Shown: positions 36,298-45,330 of the stretch, in pieces
Numbering within the stretch: the first letter of the stretch is position 1
How the letters are laid out: every line of letters starts with the position of its first letter
IMG/VR virus record: IMGVR_UViG_3300046007_011426
Span: 1-57,079 of that record
Length of the DNA stretch: 57,079 nucleotides
Strand: one strand, 5' to 3'
Origin: a virus
Lineage: Duplodnaviria; Caudoviricetes
Program-made: the position numbers and the translations under genes
Notes under the pieces: model-generated
Told to the model about the DNA's origin: nothing
Databases searched by the model: none
What the model saw: the letters and a program-made list of their open reading frames with translations, nothing else

Positions 36298-39200
36298 ATG
36301 TCTAAATTAGTCTCTGGGCGCGTAAAGAAACTTCCTCAATCTGGAATTACTTCGGATAGGTATGAATTTTTAGGATTAGATCAGGCGGAACCTGATCTGG
36401 GTGATCCTGTTGTTGGACCTTCTTCTATTGGGGTAAACCCATATACAGGTAATATTTCAGAAACTTATGTTTTAATTTCTGATAGTCAAGGTGATGGAAA
36501 TCGTTATTGGGCTCCCCAACCAAATGTTATTTCTGGGGGTATTGTAAATCCAGGTTCTATTACGGTCAGAGATTCTGGTGTTATTGTTGGTTCGGTTAAT
36601 CAAATAACCGATATAAATTTTGTAGGTAGTGGTGTAACAGTAACAAGTCCAGCCTCATGGGTAGGTTCTGGTTCAAGTTCTGTTGATATTACTGTTGCAG
36701 TTATTGATGTTGAGGTTCCTTCTGGTAAAACTGGATCAATTGGTTATAGAGACGGTAATTCTTTACTGCAAGGTGCTGATGATTTTATTTATAACCCAGT
36801 AAATAAAAATGTAGGTATAGGAAGCACAACACCAAAAGTAAAATTAGACGTATTGGGTGATGCAAACATTAGTGGCATTCTTACTGTTAATCAGCTAAAA
36901 GCCGATTCTGCCGAAATCACTAATTCATTAAAAGTCGGTAATTTTGAGATTGTTGATAACACTACTTTTATTAGAATTATTTCTGGTAGTGTGGGTGTTG
37001 GAACTACTAATCCAATTGCAACTCTAGATGTAAGGGGAACTGTTAACGTAAGTGGGGCCGCAACTTTTGCCAACATAACTGCCCAGGACGTTAATTTAGA
37101 TGATCTTACTGCAAATAGAATAACTACCGGTTATATATTCTCAACAAGCGGGTTTATTGGAATTTTAACATCAAATACTATAAACAGTGGCAATTTAATT
37201 TCCACTAGTATCAGTGCAACAAATTCAAGTATAACTAATCTCACTAGTGTTGCGGCAACTGTAACCAATTTTATAGGAACCTCGGTTACTGTAACGGGTA
37301 ATCTACAAGTAAACAATAATACATTATTTGCAAATTCTTCCACAACAAATGTTGGTTTTGGAACAACTAATCCAGTACAAAAAGTACAAGTAGGACCATC
37401 AACTAATCCAGTAGTAATTACAGATTCTAGCAGAATTGGGATCGGCACAACAAATCCAGATTACAATCTGGATGTCAGGGGTAATGTTGGATTTAGTAGT
37501 TTTATATTCATCAATGGCTCTAGTGGTCTTGCTAATCAGGTTTTAGTTTCTGGTGGAACTGGTCTACCTTTTTGGGGGGCTCCAGAAAACATAACTGTTG
37601 GTGCCGCAGTATCTGTTAGTATCGCAAGTACTCAACAGAATGATATTTTTTATCCGACTTTTACAAGACAAACAGTAAATAATGCAATAATCAGAGTAGA
37701 TAGCACTGGATTGGTATTTAATCCCGCATTAAATTATCTTGGAATCGGAACAACTGCTCCTACTTCAAATCTGGATGTTGTTGGTGATATTAAAACCAAT
37801 TCATTATCAATCGGTATTGGGACAACCGTTGTCAATGCGTCTTCTAATGTAGTCTCAACGGCAACAACCGCGACTGCAGTATTAAGTTCCTTAAACACCG
37901 GGGTTTTTAGAAGCGCCAGATACAATGTACAAATTACATGTAATGGTCAATTAGTTGCAAATAATAGTTCGGCCTCTGTTTCTAATTTACAAGGTGGTTC
38001 TAATTATCTGTTCGGGATTTATCCTAATGTCTTATTAACAACGTCTTCAGGTAGTGGTTCTGATGCCAGGGCCGATATACAAGTAACTCCCGAAAAAGTT
38101 CTTCCGATTGATTCTATTTCTTCTGGATCCTTTAATGTTCAAGATACTATTGGGGTAAATGTAAACGCCCCGGTCAGTTTTAATCGTTTAATCCCAGCAA
38201 CTCCTAGAGAAAATTCAAGAGTTACTTCCATAACTGTTGTAAATAGCGGGGCCGGTTATACTGCACTACCATCAATTCAGATAGCCGCCCCAACAAATAA
38301 CCCACCCATTTTAGGGGTAACCGGTTCTGGAACTACTGCAACTGCAGTAGTTGATTCACTTTTTGTTTCTGATGTTTCTATCACCACCCCCGGAATTCAT
38401 ACTACTATTCCTACTGTTTCATTTAAGACCCCAGTTGGTGCCGGGGCATCTGCAACTGGTCTTGTTGGAGTTGGTGTTTCTAGAGTAACTGTTACCAATT
38501 CTGGTTTTGGTTATAACATTTTTCCAACCGTCAATGCGGAAAGTCTAGAGGCTCCTTTAGAATTTGCAAGTCTCGGAATTTCTACCGTATTTCTTACAAA
38601 TTTTTATGTACAAAATACTGGTCTAGGTTATACCTCTAGTAATTTCCCAATATTAACAATAGGTTCTCCTGAAGTTGGTGTAAATACCGCAACTGCAGTC
38701 GTAAATAGTCTAGGTGTTTCTATTCATTTCACAATAACCCCTGGTCTAGGTTACACGACACCACCTACATTGACCGCAAGTTCACCAAACGTTGGTGTCA
38801 ATACGGCGACCCTAACTGCAACACTAGGCATAAGTTCAATTACTATAACTTCTCCTGGCGCTGGTTACACTTCCTCTTCTCAAATACAAATTTCTTCTTC
38901 ACCAACCGTTACTGGATTTGCCGCGACTGTTGGTTTAGGTGTAACACTAACCGATGCAATAATTTCTGGTGGTGTCAATTATGCTACTCTACCTACTGTA
39001 ACATTTAGTGCCCCGAACGTTAGTTCTGGAACTACTGCAACTGGCGGCTTCACCCAACTACAGGGTGATACTGGAGTTCTAGGCGGGTTTCAAATTACCA
39101 ATCCTGGTTCTGGTTATTTTAGTATCCCCACAGTTACTGTATCAGGCGGTGGCGGAACCGGTGCAGGGGTTACCATAACCACCATGAGAGTTGCCAATGT

Positions 39201-40410
39201 TGTAATCAATAATACTGGATTTGGTGTAACTGTTGTTCCTTCAATTTCTATAATTTCTCCGGTTGGCGGTGGGGTGGCCGGTATTGCCTCTATGGGTATA
39301 GGTAGAGTCAATGTTGTGGGTTTTGGTTCTGGATACAATTTACCACCAACGGTCACTGTAACCCTGGTTGGCTCATCGGGTGCCGGTGCATCGGTTGTGG
39401 CGGGTCTAGGAGTGACCTCATCGAATATTACGATTACTAACCCAGGATACGGCTATTCCTCAATCCCAACCGTTACTGTCTCTAGTCCAACTCCCGTTTC
39501 AATTGCTTCTTCAATCATTGCTGGGGTTGGTATAACCGGAATTGTTGTAAATAATTCTGGAATCGGATATAGCGGCTCCACTCCGACTATTAATATAACC
39601 TCTCGGGGAAATAATTTTGGTAGCGGGGCCGTTGCAATTGCGTCTAGTCTAATAGTAACCAATGTTTATATTACAAATCCTGGTTCTGGATATACCGCCT
39701 CTGATCTGGCTTCTTTGCCAATCGCCACCTTTAGTCCGACTGGTACGGCTGCTACTGTTGGTTTTGGTGTTAGTACTATTCTTTTGACAAATCTTGGTGT
39801 TGGTTATACGAGTGCTGTTGCTGCGGCAGTCTCATTCAGTGCCCCAAATATTTCTACCGGAACTACGGCAACCGCAACTGCCTCTTTAGGCTTCCCAGGT
39901 ATTCTCCCTGGACCGGGAGTCAACACAACAGGACAGACCAGAATTTATTATGTTGCTTCTGTTTCTCCAAATAGTATTGGAATATCAACCGGAGTCGGAA
40001 TTGGAACCCTTACTGCAATTGATGTTGGAGACGACGTTTTTACTTCAGAACCCCCTATTGCAAGTATTGGCGGTACAGTTACCAATGTTCTTGTGGTTTC
40101 TCCGGGTTCTGGATATACCTCAACAAGCGTCTTGACCGCATCTTCTTTTGATGGGGCCAATACTGGAACCGGATTCTCCTTTAGGTCATCAACGGTTGTA
40201 AATAATTACCAATTCTCCGATGTAATGATTCTCCAATCGGTCGGAAGTGCCTCGACTTCTTGTGACTTTATGGAATATGGAACTATTGCAAATGATGATA
40301 TTATTGGCTCATTTAATGCCGACATAAGTGGCCCTAATGCCAGATTATTATTTACTCCTACTTATAGAAATAATATCATAAAAATCTCTTCACAATCCAT
40401 AACTAATTGA
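36298..40410 (+). CDS. Tail fibre protein with GIGTTxP and GxGY beta-repeats
   Basis: SGRVKK..RYEFLGLDQAEPDLGDP; many TNPGSGY units; Gly/Thr/Val-rich. Confidence 0.8.
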   Translation: MSKLVSGRVKKLPQSGITSDRYEFLGLDQAEPDLGDPVVGPSSIGVNPYTGNISETYVLISDSQGDGNRYWAPQPNVISGGIVNPGSITVRDSGVIVGSVNQITDINFVGSGVTVTSPASWVGSGSSSVDITVAVIDVEVPSGKTGSIGYRDGNSLLQGADDFIYNPVNKNVGIGSTTPKVKLDVLGDANISGILTVNQLKADSAEITNSLKVGNFEIVDNTTFIRIISGSVGVGTTNPIATLDVRGTVNVSGAATFANITAQDVNLDDLTANRITTGYIFSTSGFIGILTSNTINSGNLISTSISATNSSITNLTSVAATVTNFIGTSVTVTGNLQVNNNTLFANSSTTNVGFGTTNPVQKVQVGPSTNPVVITDSSRIGIGTTNPDYNLDVRGNVGFSSFIFINGSSGLANQVLVSGGTGLPFWGAPENITVGAAVSVSIASTQQNDIFYPTFTRQTVNNAIIRVDSTGLVFNPALNYLGIGTTAPTSNLDVVGDIKTNSLSIGIGTTVVNASSNVVSTATTATAVLSSLNTGVFRSARYNVQITCNGQLVANNSSASVSNLQGGSNYLFGIYPNVLLTTSSGSGSDARADIQVTPEKVLPIDSISSGSFNVQDTIGVNVNAPVSFNRLIPATPRENSRVTSITVVNSGAGYTALPSIQIAAPTNNPPILGVTGSGTTATAVVDSLFVSDVSITTPGIHTTIPTVSFKTPVGAGASATGLVGVGVSRVTVTNSGFGYNIFPTVNAESLEAPLEFASLGISTVFLTNFYVQNTGLGYTSSNFPILTIGSPEVGVNTATAVVNSLGVSIHFTITPGLGYTTPPTLTASSPNVGVNTATLTATLGISSITITSPGAGYTSSSQIQISSSPTVTGFAATVGLGVTLTDAIISGGVNYATLPTVTFSAPNVSSGTTATGGFTQLQGDTGVLGGFQITNPGSGYFSIPTVTVSGGGGTGAGVTITTMRVANVVINNTGFGVTVVPSISIISPVGGGVAGIASMGIGRVNVVGFGSGYNLPPTVTVTLVGSSGAGASVVAGLGVTSSNITITNPGYGYSSIPTVTVSSPTPVSIASSIIAGVGITGIVVNNSGIGYSGSTPTINITSRGNNFGSGAVAIASSLIVTNVYITNPGSGYTASDLASLPIATFSPTGTAATVGFGVSTILLTNLGVGYTSAVAAAVSFSAPNISTGTTATATASLGFPGILPGPGVNTTGQTRIYYVASVSPNSIGISTGVGIGTLTAIDVGDDVFTSEPPIASIGGTVTNVLVVSPGSGYTSTSVLTASSFDGANTGTGFSFRSSTVVNNYQFSDVMILQSVGSASTSCDFMEYGTIANDDIIGSFNADISGPNARLLFTPTYRNNIIKISSQSITN

Positions 40411-40411
40411 T

Positions 40412-41785
40412 ATGTCAGTTTTTAGGGTAGGAAATAAATCAACTACATCTAGATTTCAACCAAATAGTGGTTCACCCGTAAGGGGCTCGGTTAAAAATAT
40501 TGTAAATTCTAATTTACAATTAGATTTCCCAAAGGTACTACCCTCACTAGACTTAGACTTTGTTAATTCTAATGTTCTAGATCAGAGAGTCGATTTTACA
40601 AGGGCTTCTGGTGGGTCTTATGTTGGTCCAGATGGTCTTATTAAGTATGTGGGAATCAATCAACCTCGCTTTGATTATGATCCAGAAACTGGGGAATGCT
40701 TAGGATTGTTGATGGAAGAAGCAAGAACTAATTTAATTAATCAAAGTGAAAATTTTAACACCTGGACTCTCCATAGTGATACTGATGAACCCCCAACAAT
40801 AACCAGAAAATTATCCGATGTTAAATCACCCGATGGGGCGAGTAATTATTTTTTATGTACTTATGGGCGAACGGATTTGCGTCGAAGTTTTACTGGAGGT
40901 TTTGGTAGAACATATACTGCAAGTTGTTTTTTTAAACAGCCATTTGATGGAAATGCTTCCGATCTGGCCGCATTTGAAATACACATTACTGGAGGAGGTA
41001 CTACTGTTGCTGTTGGTAAAGTAATCTACAGGTTTTCTACCAATAGAATTATTCGCTCAGACAGATTTGGTATAGGCGTTCCGCCAATAAGAACCGGCTT
41101 TAAAAAGTATGCTGATGGCTCAGTAAGGCTTTGGTTAACCATGACTGATAATGGGTCTGGGCAGGCAGTATTTTTTCTTAATTTAAGGGTCGAAGGTTTT
41201 TTTCAAAATATAGGCAAATCAATTTTAACCTGGGGAGCCCAAATAGAAGAAGGAAACTTTCCAACGTCTTATATTCCAACCAGAGGCTCTGCCAGAACCA
41301 GGGCCGCCGATAATTTTCAAATAATTGGCAAGAATTTTGATAGCTGGTTTAGGAAAGATGAGGGGACAATATTTGTTGCACATAAGGCCCTGACACAATT
41401 AAATTTTAGAGGTTCTTCGGTAAACTCTATAATATACAGCATAGATCCAGGTACTAATACTTTAGGTATTTTTTATAATACTCATTCGGATAACAATGAT
41501 ATATTCTTTTTTGGTTCATTGGGTGGTTCTATAATTAGATTTGAGCAACCCCAGCCATCAAGAAGAAAAGCAATTTTTTCTTATAATGGTCCAAAAGAAC
41601 AATATCAACCATATGTTGATGGGGTAAAAATCACCACAGTAACAGATAAAAATCCATATATAGAATTACCTTATGATAGATTAATTTTGGCCAGACCAGG
41701 AGAAAAATTCAATGGCCATTATCAAAGATTTACGTACTATCCTAAGTCCTTACCTGATTCTCAATTACAATTTTTAACACTATGA
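40412..41785 (+). CDS. Putative lectin-like (ConA/LamG-type) fibre-tip protein A
   Basis: PSLDLDF..FTRASGGSYVG..PRFD.DPETGE.LGLL.E..R.N; WGAQIEEG.FPTSYIPT; YYP..LPD. Confidence 0.6.
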   Translation: MSVFRVGNKSTTSRFQPNSGSPVRGSVKNIVNSNLQLDFPKVLPSLDLDFVNSNVLDQRVDFTRASGGSYVGPDGLIKYVGINQPRFDYDPETGECLGLLMEEARTNLINQSENFNTWTLHSDTDEPPTITRKLSDVKSPDGASNYFLCTYGRTDLRRSFTGGFGRTYTASCFFKQPFDGNASDLAAFEIHITGGGTTVAVGKVIYRFSTNRIIRSDRFGIGVPPIRTGFKKYADGSVRLWLTMTDNGSGQAVFFLNLRVEGFFQNIGKSILTWGAQIEEGNFPTSYIPTRGSARTRAADNFQIIGKNFDSWFRKDEGTIFVAHKALTQLNFRGSSVNSIIYSIDPGTNTLGIFYNTHSDNNDIFFFGSLGGSIIRFEQPQPSRRKAIFSYNGPKEQYQPYVDGVKITTVTDKNPYIELPYDRLILARPGEKFNGHYQRFTYYPKSLPDSQLQFLTL

Positions 41786-42102
41786 CTTATACTGATTACT
41801 TTCTAAAATTCGCCTCTAAACAACAAGCCCTCCAAGTTTTTTCCACAATTTCAGATCATATTAGTCTAGAAAATGAAATAATCGATCAAACCGAACATTT
41901 TGCCATTGATGAAGTTGGTATTCTCTATGAAGACGATGCGGTTTATGATGATTATGGTAATCTAATTACTCCACCTACTAAAATTGATGGGTATCATTAT
42001 AATTATAGAACTCTTTATGGTAACAAACCAGAGATTCCTCTCCCGGTTGAATTAGAACCTTATTTGGTACACCCAGAACCACCACAAAGAACATTCTTTT
42101 GA
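41782..42102 (+). CDS. Hypothetical protein (fibre-associated); stop codon supplied by the IS end
   Basis: ATGA coupling to the preceding gene; ends PQRTFF*. Confidence 0.7.
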   Translation: MTYTDYFLKFASKQQALQVFSTISDHISLENEIIDQTEHFAIDEVGILYEDDAVYDDYGNLITPPTKIDGYHYNYRTLYGNKPEIPLPVELEPYLVHPEPPQRTFF

Positions 42103-42240
42103 ACTACTGTGAAGCTAAAGACTTCGCAGTTTCAGCATTCATAGACTCTTCTATTGAAGACGCCTCCTGCTGTTTTTGTTTAGAGTCCGATTGCGTTCCA
42201 CAACCAGACAGAATATTCAATCCTTGAATTAAAATGTTTT
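42079..42240 (-). ncRNA. Putative omegaRNA/reRNA overlapping the tnpB 3' end, with guide AAGAATGTTCTTTGTGGTGG
   Basis: Hairpin ACTGCGAAG/CTTCACAGT (42106-42130) and upstream TGAA able to pair with terminal TTCA; 5' boundary is a guess. Confidence 0.6.
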
Positions 42241-43312
42241 TTGCCGCATTAGTGTCTCTGTCGTGAACTGTTCCACAAGAAGGACAAGTCCATTCCCGAA
42301 CATTTAGAGGCATAGAATCCATTAAATGACTACAAAAACTACAAGTTTTACTGGAAGGATAGAACCTATCTATCACAACAAGTTCTCTTGAGTTCCATTT
42401 GCACTTATAAGTAAGCATAGAGACCAATGTTCCCCAAGAAACATCATTAATTGCTTGTGCCAATTTATGATTTTTAACCATTCCTTTTACATTCAGGTTC
42501 TCAATACAAATAACTTGGTTTTCGTTAATGAGTTGAGAAGTAATTTGATGTAAGTAGTCTAGTCTTTGGTTAGTTACTTTTTCATACTGAATTGCTAGTT
42601 TGTTTCTCCATTTTTCTCTTGTTTTGGTTTCCTTTTTCTTTTTAGAATGTTGTCTCTGAATGTATTTGATTCTCTTCAGTCTTCGCTTTAGAAATCTCTT
42701 GTTTGGGAAGACCTCACCATTAGAAGTAATTACTAAATCCTTAATTCCTAAATCTATTCCAATACAATCTTCAACTTGTGGTTTTGGTTGAATATCAAAT
42801 TCTCCCTGAACCGAGGCATAATATTTCCCAGAAGGAGTTTTAGAAATTGTTACAGAATTAATTTTAATCAACTCTCCTTTATAATTTCCTTTGAATTTAA
42901 ATGGTTTTTTAAATTTAGGAATAGTAACCAGATTGTTTTCCCAATCAACATCAAAATGTTGAGGCACTCTAAAGGAATACCTAGATTTTCTTTTAGACTT
43001 AAATTTAGGAAACTTTGCTAACTTTCTAAAAAATCTATCATAAGCACCATCTAAATCTTTAATAGATGCCTGAAGGGTTTGAGAATTAACTTCTTTTAAC
43101 CATTCGGTTTCAGTTTCTTGTTTTAAATTTACAAGAAGTTTAGATGCGTCAATATAAGAAAGTTTATTTTTTCCTTGATGATAATTTTCATTAAATATGT
43201 TCAAAAAGTGATTATAAACCCACCGTCTACAACCAAAATGCTTTTCAAGCAGAACAACATCTTGTTGGTTATTTGGATAGATTCTAAGTTTAACTGCTTT
43301 TTGGACCAACAT
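42104..43312 (-). CDS. tnpB: TnpB RNA-guided endonuclease
   Basis: N-terminal HTH (LRIYPN..FGCRRWVYN); RuvC-I GIDLG, RuvC-II IENL, zinc finger CSFC/CPSC, RuvC-III DRDTNAA. Confidence 0.95.
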   Translation of the reverse strand: MLVQKAVKLRIYPNNQQDVVLLEKHFGCRRWVYNHFLNIFNENYHQGKNKLSYIDASKLLVNLKQETETEWLKEVNSQTLQASIKDLDGAYDRFFRKLAKFPKFKSKRKSRYSFRVPQHFDVDWENNLVTIPKFKKPFKFKGNYKGELIKINSVTISKTPSGKYYASVQGEFDIQPKPQVEDCIGIDLGIKDLVITSNGEVFPNKRFLKRRLKRIKYIQRQHSKKKKETKTREKWRNKLAIQYEKVTNQRLDYLHQITSQLINENQVICIENLNVKGMVKNHKLAQAINDVSWGTLVSMLTYKCKWNSRELVVIDRFYPSSKTCSFCSHLMDSMPLNVREWTCPSCGTVHDRDTNAAKNILIQGLNILSGCGTQSDSKQKQQEASSIEESMNAETAKSLASQ

Positions 43313-43332
43313 TTAATTTAATTGCCTAATAT

Positions 43333-43339
43333 TATTTAG
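43333..43339 (-). promoter_or_regulatory. Late promoter driving tnpB
   Basis: CTAAATA on the minus strand, 20 nt before the ATG. Confidence 0.6.
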
Positions 43340-43402
43340 CAAATTGAATACCTTGAGATAAATAAAATATCATTAATCTAAATATTTTAAGATTTTATTC
43401 TT

Positions 43403-43409
43403 CTAAATA
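43403..43409 (+). promoter_or_regulatory. Late promoter
   Basis: CTAAATA about 20 nt before the ATG at 43429. Confidence 0.65.
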
Positions 43410-43428
43410 ACTAATAAAACATAAAAAC

Positions 43429-43836
43429 ATGGCAAGTCTAATTGGCCCAGACCCAAATCAGTTAAGCACTAACGGGATGTTAGGGGAACTTGCATTCATG
43501 AACTCTTCTGGAATTACTGTCCAGTCAGTTCAGTCTCCAGTAGGTATTGCGAGTACAGTTGGGCCAGATAATTTCCCGACTTCTGGTACTGTTAATAATT
43601 TTACAAATCTTGCATTACAACCAAATACCGGAAATGTTATTGTTGGTTCTGGGTCTTCTTTAGGGACAACCGCAACTAATGGATTTTTATGTATCCCTAC
43701 TTGTTCTGGTCCTCCTACAGGAATTCCAACCGGGATTCCACTTGGGGCAGTTCCTTTAATTTATGATACAACAAATAATAGACTTTACATGAGAACTCCA
43801 GGGGGTACTTGGAGATATTCGATAACTACTACCTGA
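43429..43836 (+). CDS. Short fibre-like protein
   Basis: LIGPDPNQLSTNGMLGELAF; TTATNGFLCIPTCSGPPTG..YDTTNNRLY. Confidence 0.7.
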   Translation: MASLIGPDPNQLSTNGMLGELAFMNSSGITVQSVQSPVGIASTVGPDNFPTSGTVNNFTNLALQPNTGNVIVGSGSSLGTTATNGFLCIPTCSGPPTGIPTGIPLGAVPLIYDTTNNRLYMRTPGGTWRYSITTT

Positions 43837-43838
43837 TT

Positions 43839-45116
43839 ATGAGTGTCGATCAATTTCTTCTTTCCAGTGATACAACTGATTTAAATTATCCAGAGATTAG
43901 GCCAACTCTGGATCTAAATTTTGCAAGAACAAAAACATTAGATCCAAGAATTACTTTTACTAGAGCCAGTGGTGGATCTTATGTCGGGGCCGATGGTTTT
44001 ATTAAGTATGCTGGTGTTAATGAGCCCAGATTTGACCATGATCCAGAAACGGGTGAAAGTTTAGGGTTACTTATTGAAAATAATAGGTCTAATGCGATTT
44101 TATGGAGTAGTAACTTTGAAAATTCATATTGGCTAAAACAAGAATTAACAGTTGTTCCAAATGCAACAATTGCACCTGATGGATCTATGACTGGCCAGTT
44201 CATTGCTCCAACCAGGACATTTAGCACACATGCTTTTCGTAAACCTGGAACTACTGGGTCCTTACGTTGGGTATCAATGTATGTTAAGTATGCTGGGTGG
44301 AGATACATTACAATTCTTAGTGATAATCCAGTAGGCGTCGGAGTCTATGATTTATTAACTGGTAGAGGTAATATTAGTTCATCAATTAGTATAAGACCTG
44401 CTGGTAATGGGTGGTTTCGTATTACAAGAAGAAATAACACAACTTCAAATATAGTGATCGCATTTACTGATACATTTTCTTCTAATTACAATGACCAAAA
44501 TAGTGGGGCTACTCCTGGATGGCAGGGAAAACCAACTACTGGAGACGGTATATCTGGTATATATGCCTGGGGATTTCAAGAGGAAGAAAGTGGAAGTTTT
44601 TTTACTTCATATATTCCAACACAGGGTTCGGCCAGAACTAGAACTAATGATGTTGCAACAATAAGCGATAGTAATTTTAGTAGCTGGTACAATCAAAATG
44701 GTGGTACGATATTATGTGAGGCGAATGGCACTGGATCCGTTTTTGAAGACTATAAGTTTTATTGGGAATTAAATTCAAATTCTAATAATTTTAGAATTGG
44801 GTGTAATTATAATAACTCGGATTCCGCAAGATTAGAAATCATAAATAATGGAATTACACAAGCGACATTAAGAGCATTTGGAACAAGTCACACTGAAGAT
44901 GGGGCAAAGTTTGCTTCTATTTTTTCAAATAAGTATTTTAGGCTATCCGTAGATGGGACCTATCCACTATCCAGTAATTCTGGTGCTCTACCTGACGTTA
45001 ATAGACTACTCTTAGGGAGACCTCAATCTGGCGATTATTTAAATGGAACCATATCTCGTCTCACATATTACCCACAAATTCTTCCAGACACCCAAACCCA
45101 GGCCCTCACCCGCTAG
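43839..45116 (+). CDS. Putative lectin-like fibre-tip protein B (paralogue of 40412-41785)
   Basis: PTLDLNF..FTRASGGSYVG..PRFDHDPETGESLGLL; TSYIPT; YYPQILPD. ATG at 43839 preferred over 43809. Confidence 0.6.
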   Translation: MSVDQFLLSSDTTDLNYPEIRPTLDLNFARTKTLDPRITFTRASGGSYVGADGFIKYAGVNEPRFDHDPETGESLGLLIENNRSNAILWSSNFENSYWLKQELTVVPNATIAPDGSMTGQFIAPTRTFSTHAFRKPGTTGSLRWVSMYVKYAGWRYITILSDNPVGVGVYDLLTGRGNISSSISIRPAGNGWFRITRRNNTTSNIVIAFTDTFSSNYNDQNSGATPGWQGKPTTGDGISGIYAWGFQEEESGSFFTSYIPTQGSARTRTNDVATISDSNFSSWYNQNGGTILCEANGTGSVFEDYKFYWELNSNSNNFRIGCNYNNSDSARLEIINNGITQATLRAFGTSHTEDGAKFASIFSNKYFRLSVDGTYPLSSNSGALPDVNRLLLGRPQSGDYLNGTISRLTYYPQILPDTQTQALTR

Positions 45117-45118
45117 AC

Positions 45119-45147
45119 AATATACAACCTAAATCCAAATTTGTCAA
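45119..45147 (-). promoter_or_regulatory. Antisense sigma70-like promoter
   Basis: TTGACA-N17-TATATT on the minus strand. Confidence 0.5.
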
Positions 45148-45154
45148 GTGCCTT

Positions 45155-45212
45155 GTGACAATTTCAACATTGACATATACCCCCTTGACTTTTTTGGCAT
45201 CTGCCCTAGGAT
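45155..45212 (+). promoter_or_regulatory. Degenerate palindromic element with TTGACT-N16-TAGGAT
   Basis: GTGACAATT-TCAA-CATTGACAT; same 39-nt spacing to the -10. Confidence 0.45.
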
Positions 45213-45252
45213 CGGTTTGATGGATATGTTCTAGTATCTATTAATTATTATA

Positions 45253-45309
45253 TAGACACTTATAAAACTGTCTATCAATCTAATAAACACCATAAATACC
45301 AACTACATT
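45253..45309 (+). promoter_or_regulatory. Palindromic element + -10 box
   Basis: TAGACACTT-ATAA-AACTGTCTA; TACATT at 45304. Confidence 0.75.
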
Positions 45310-45330
45310 AAAAAAGTATTCAACAACCAC

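Larger units (their letters stand above)
42099..43402 (-). mobile_element. IS200/IS605-family tnpB-only element (no tnpA)
   Basis: Right end with subterminal hairpin finishing in TTCAA; left boundary inferred from an ATTCTT duplication; opposite strand to its neighbours. Confidence 0.7.

Noticed and set aside
42079-42098. TnpB guide targeting a second site in the window (regulatory TldR-like role)
   Set aside because: No second match noticed, and the RuvC catalytic residues are intact.
43809-43838. Track start for the 435-aa ORF
   Set aside because: It overlaps the upstream gene by 28 nt; the ATG at 43839, just after the stop, is more plausible.
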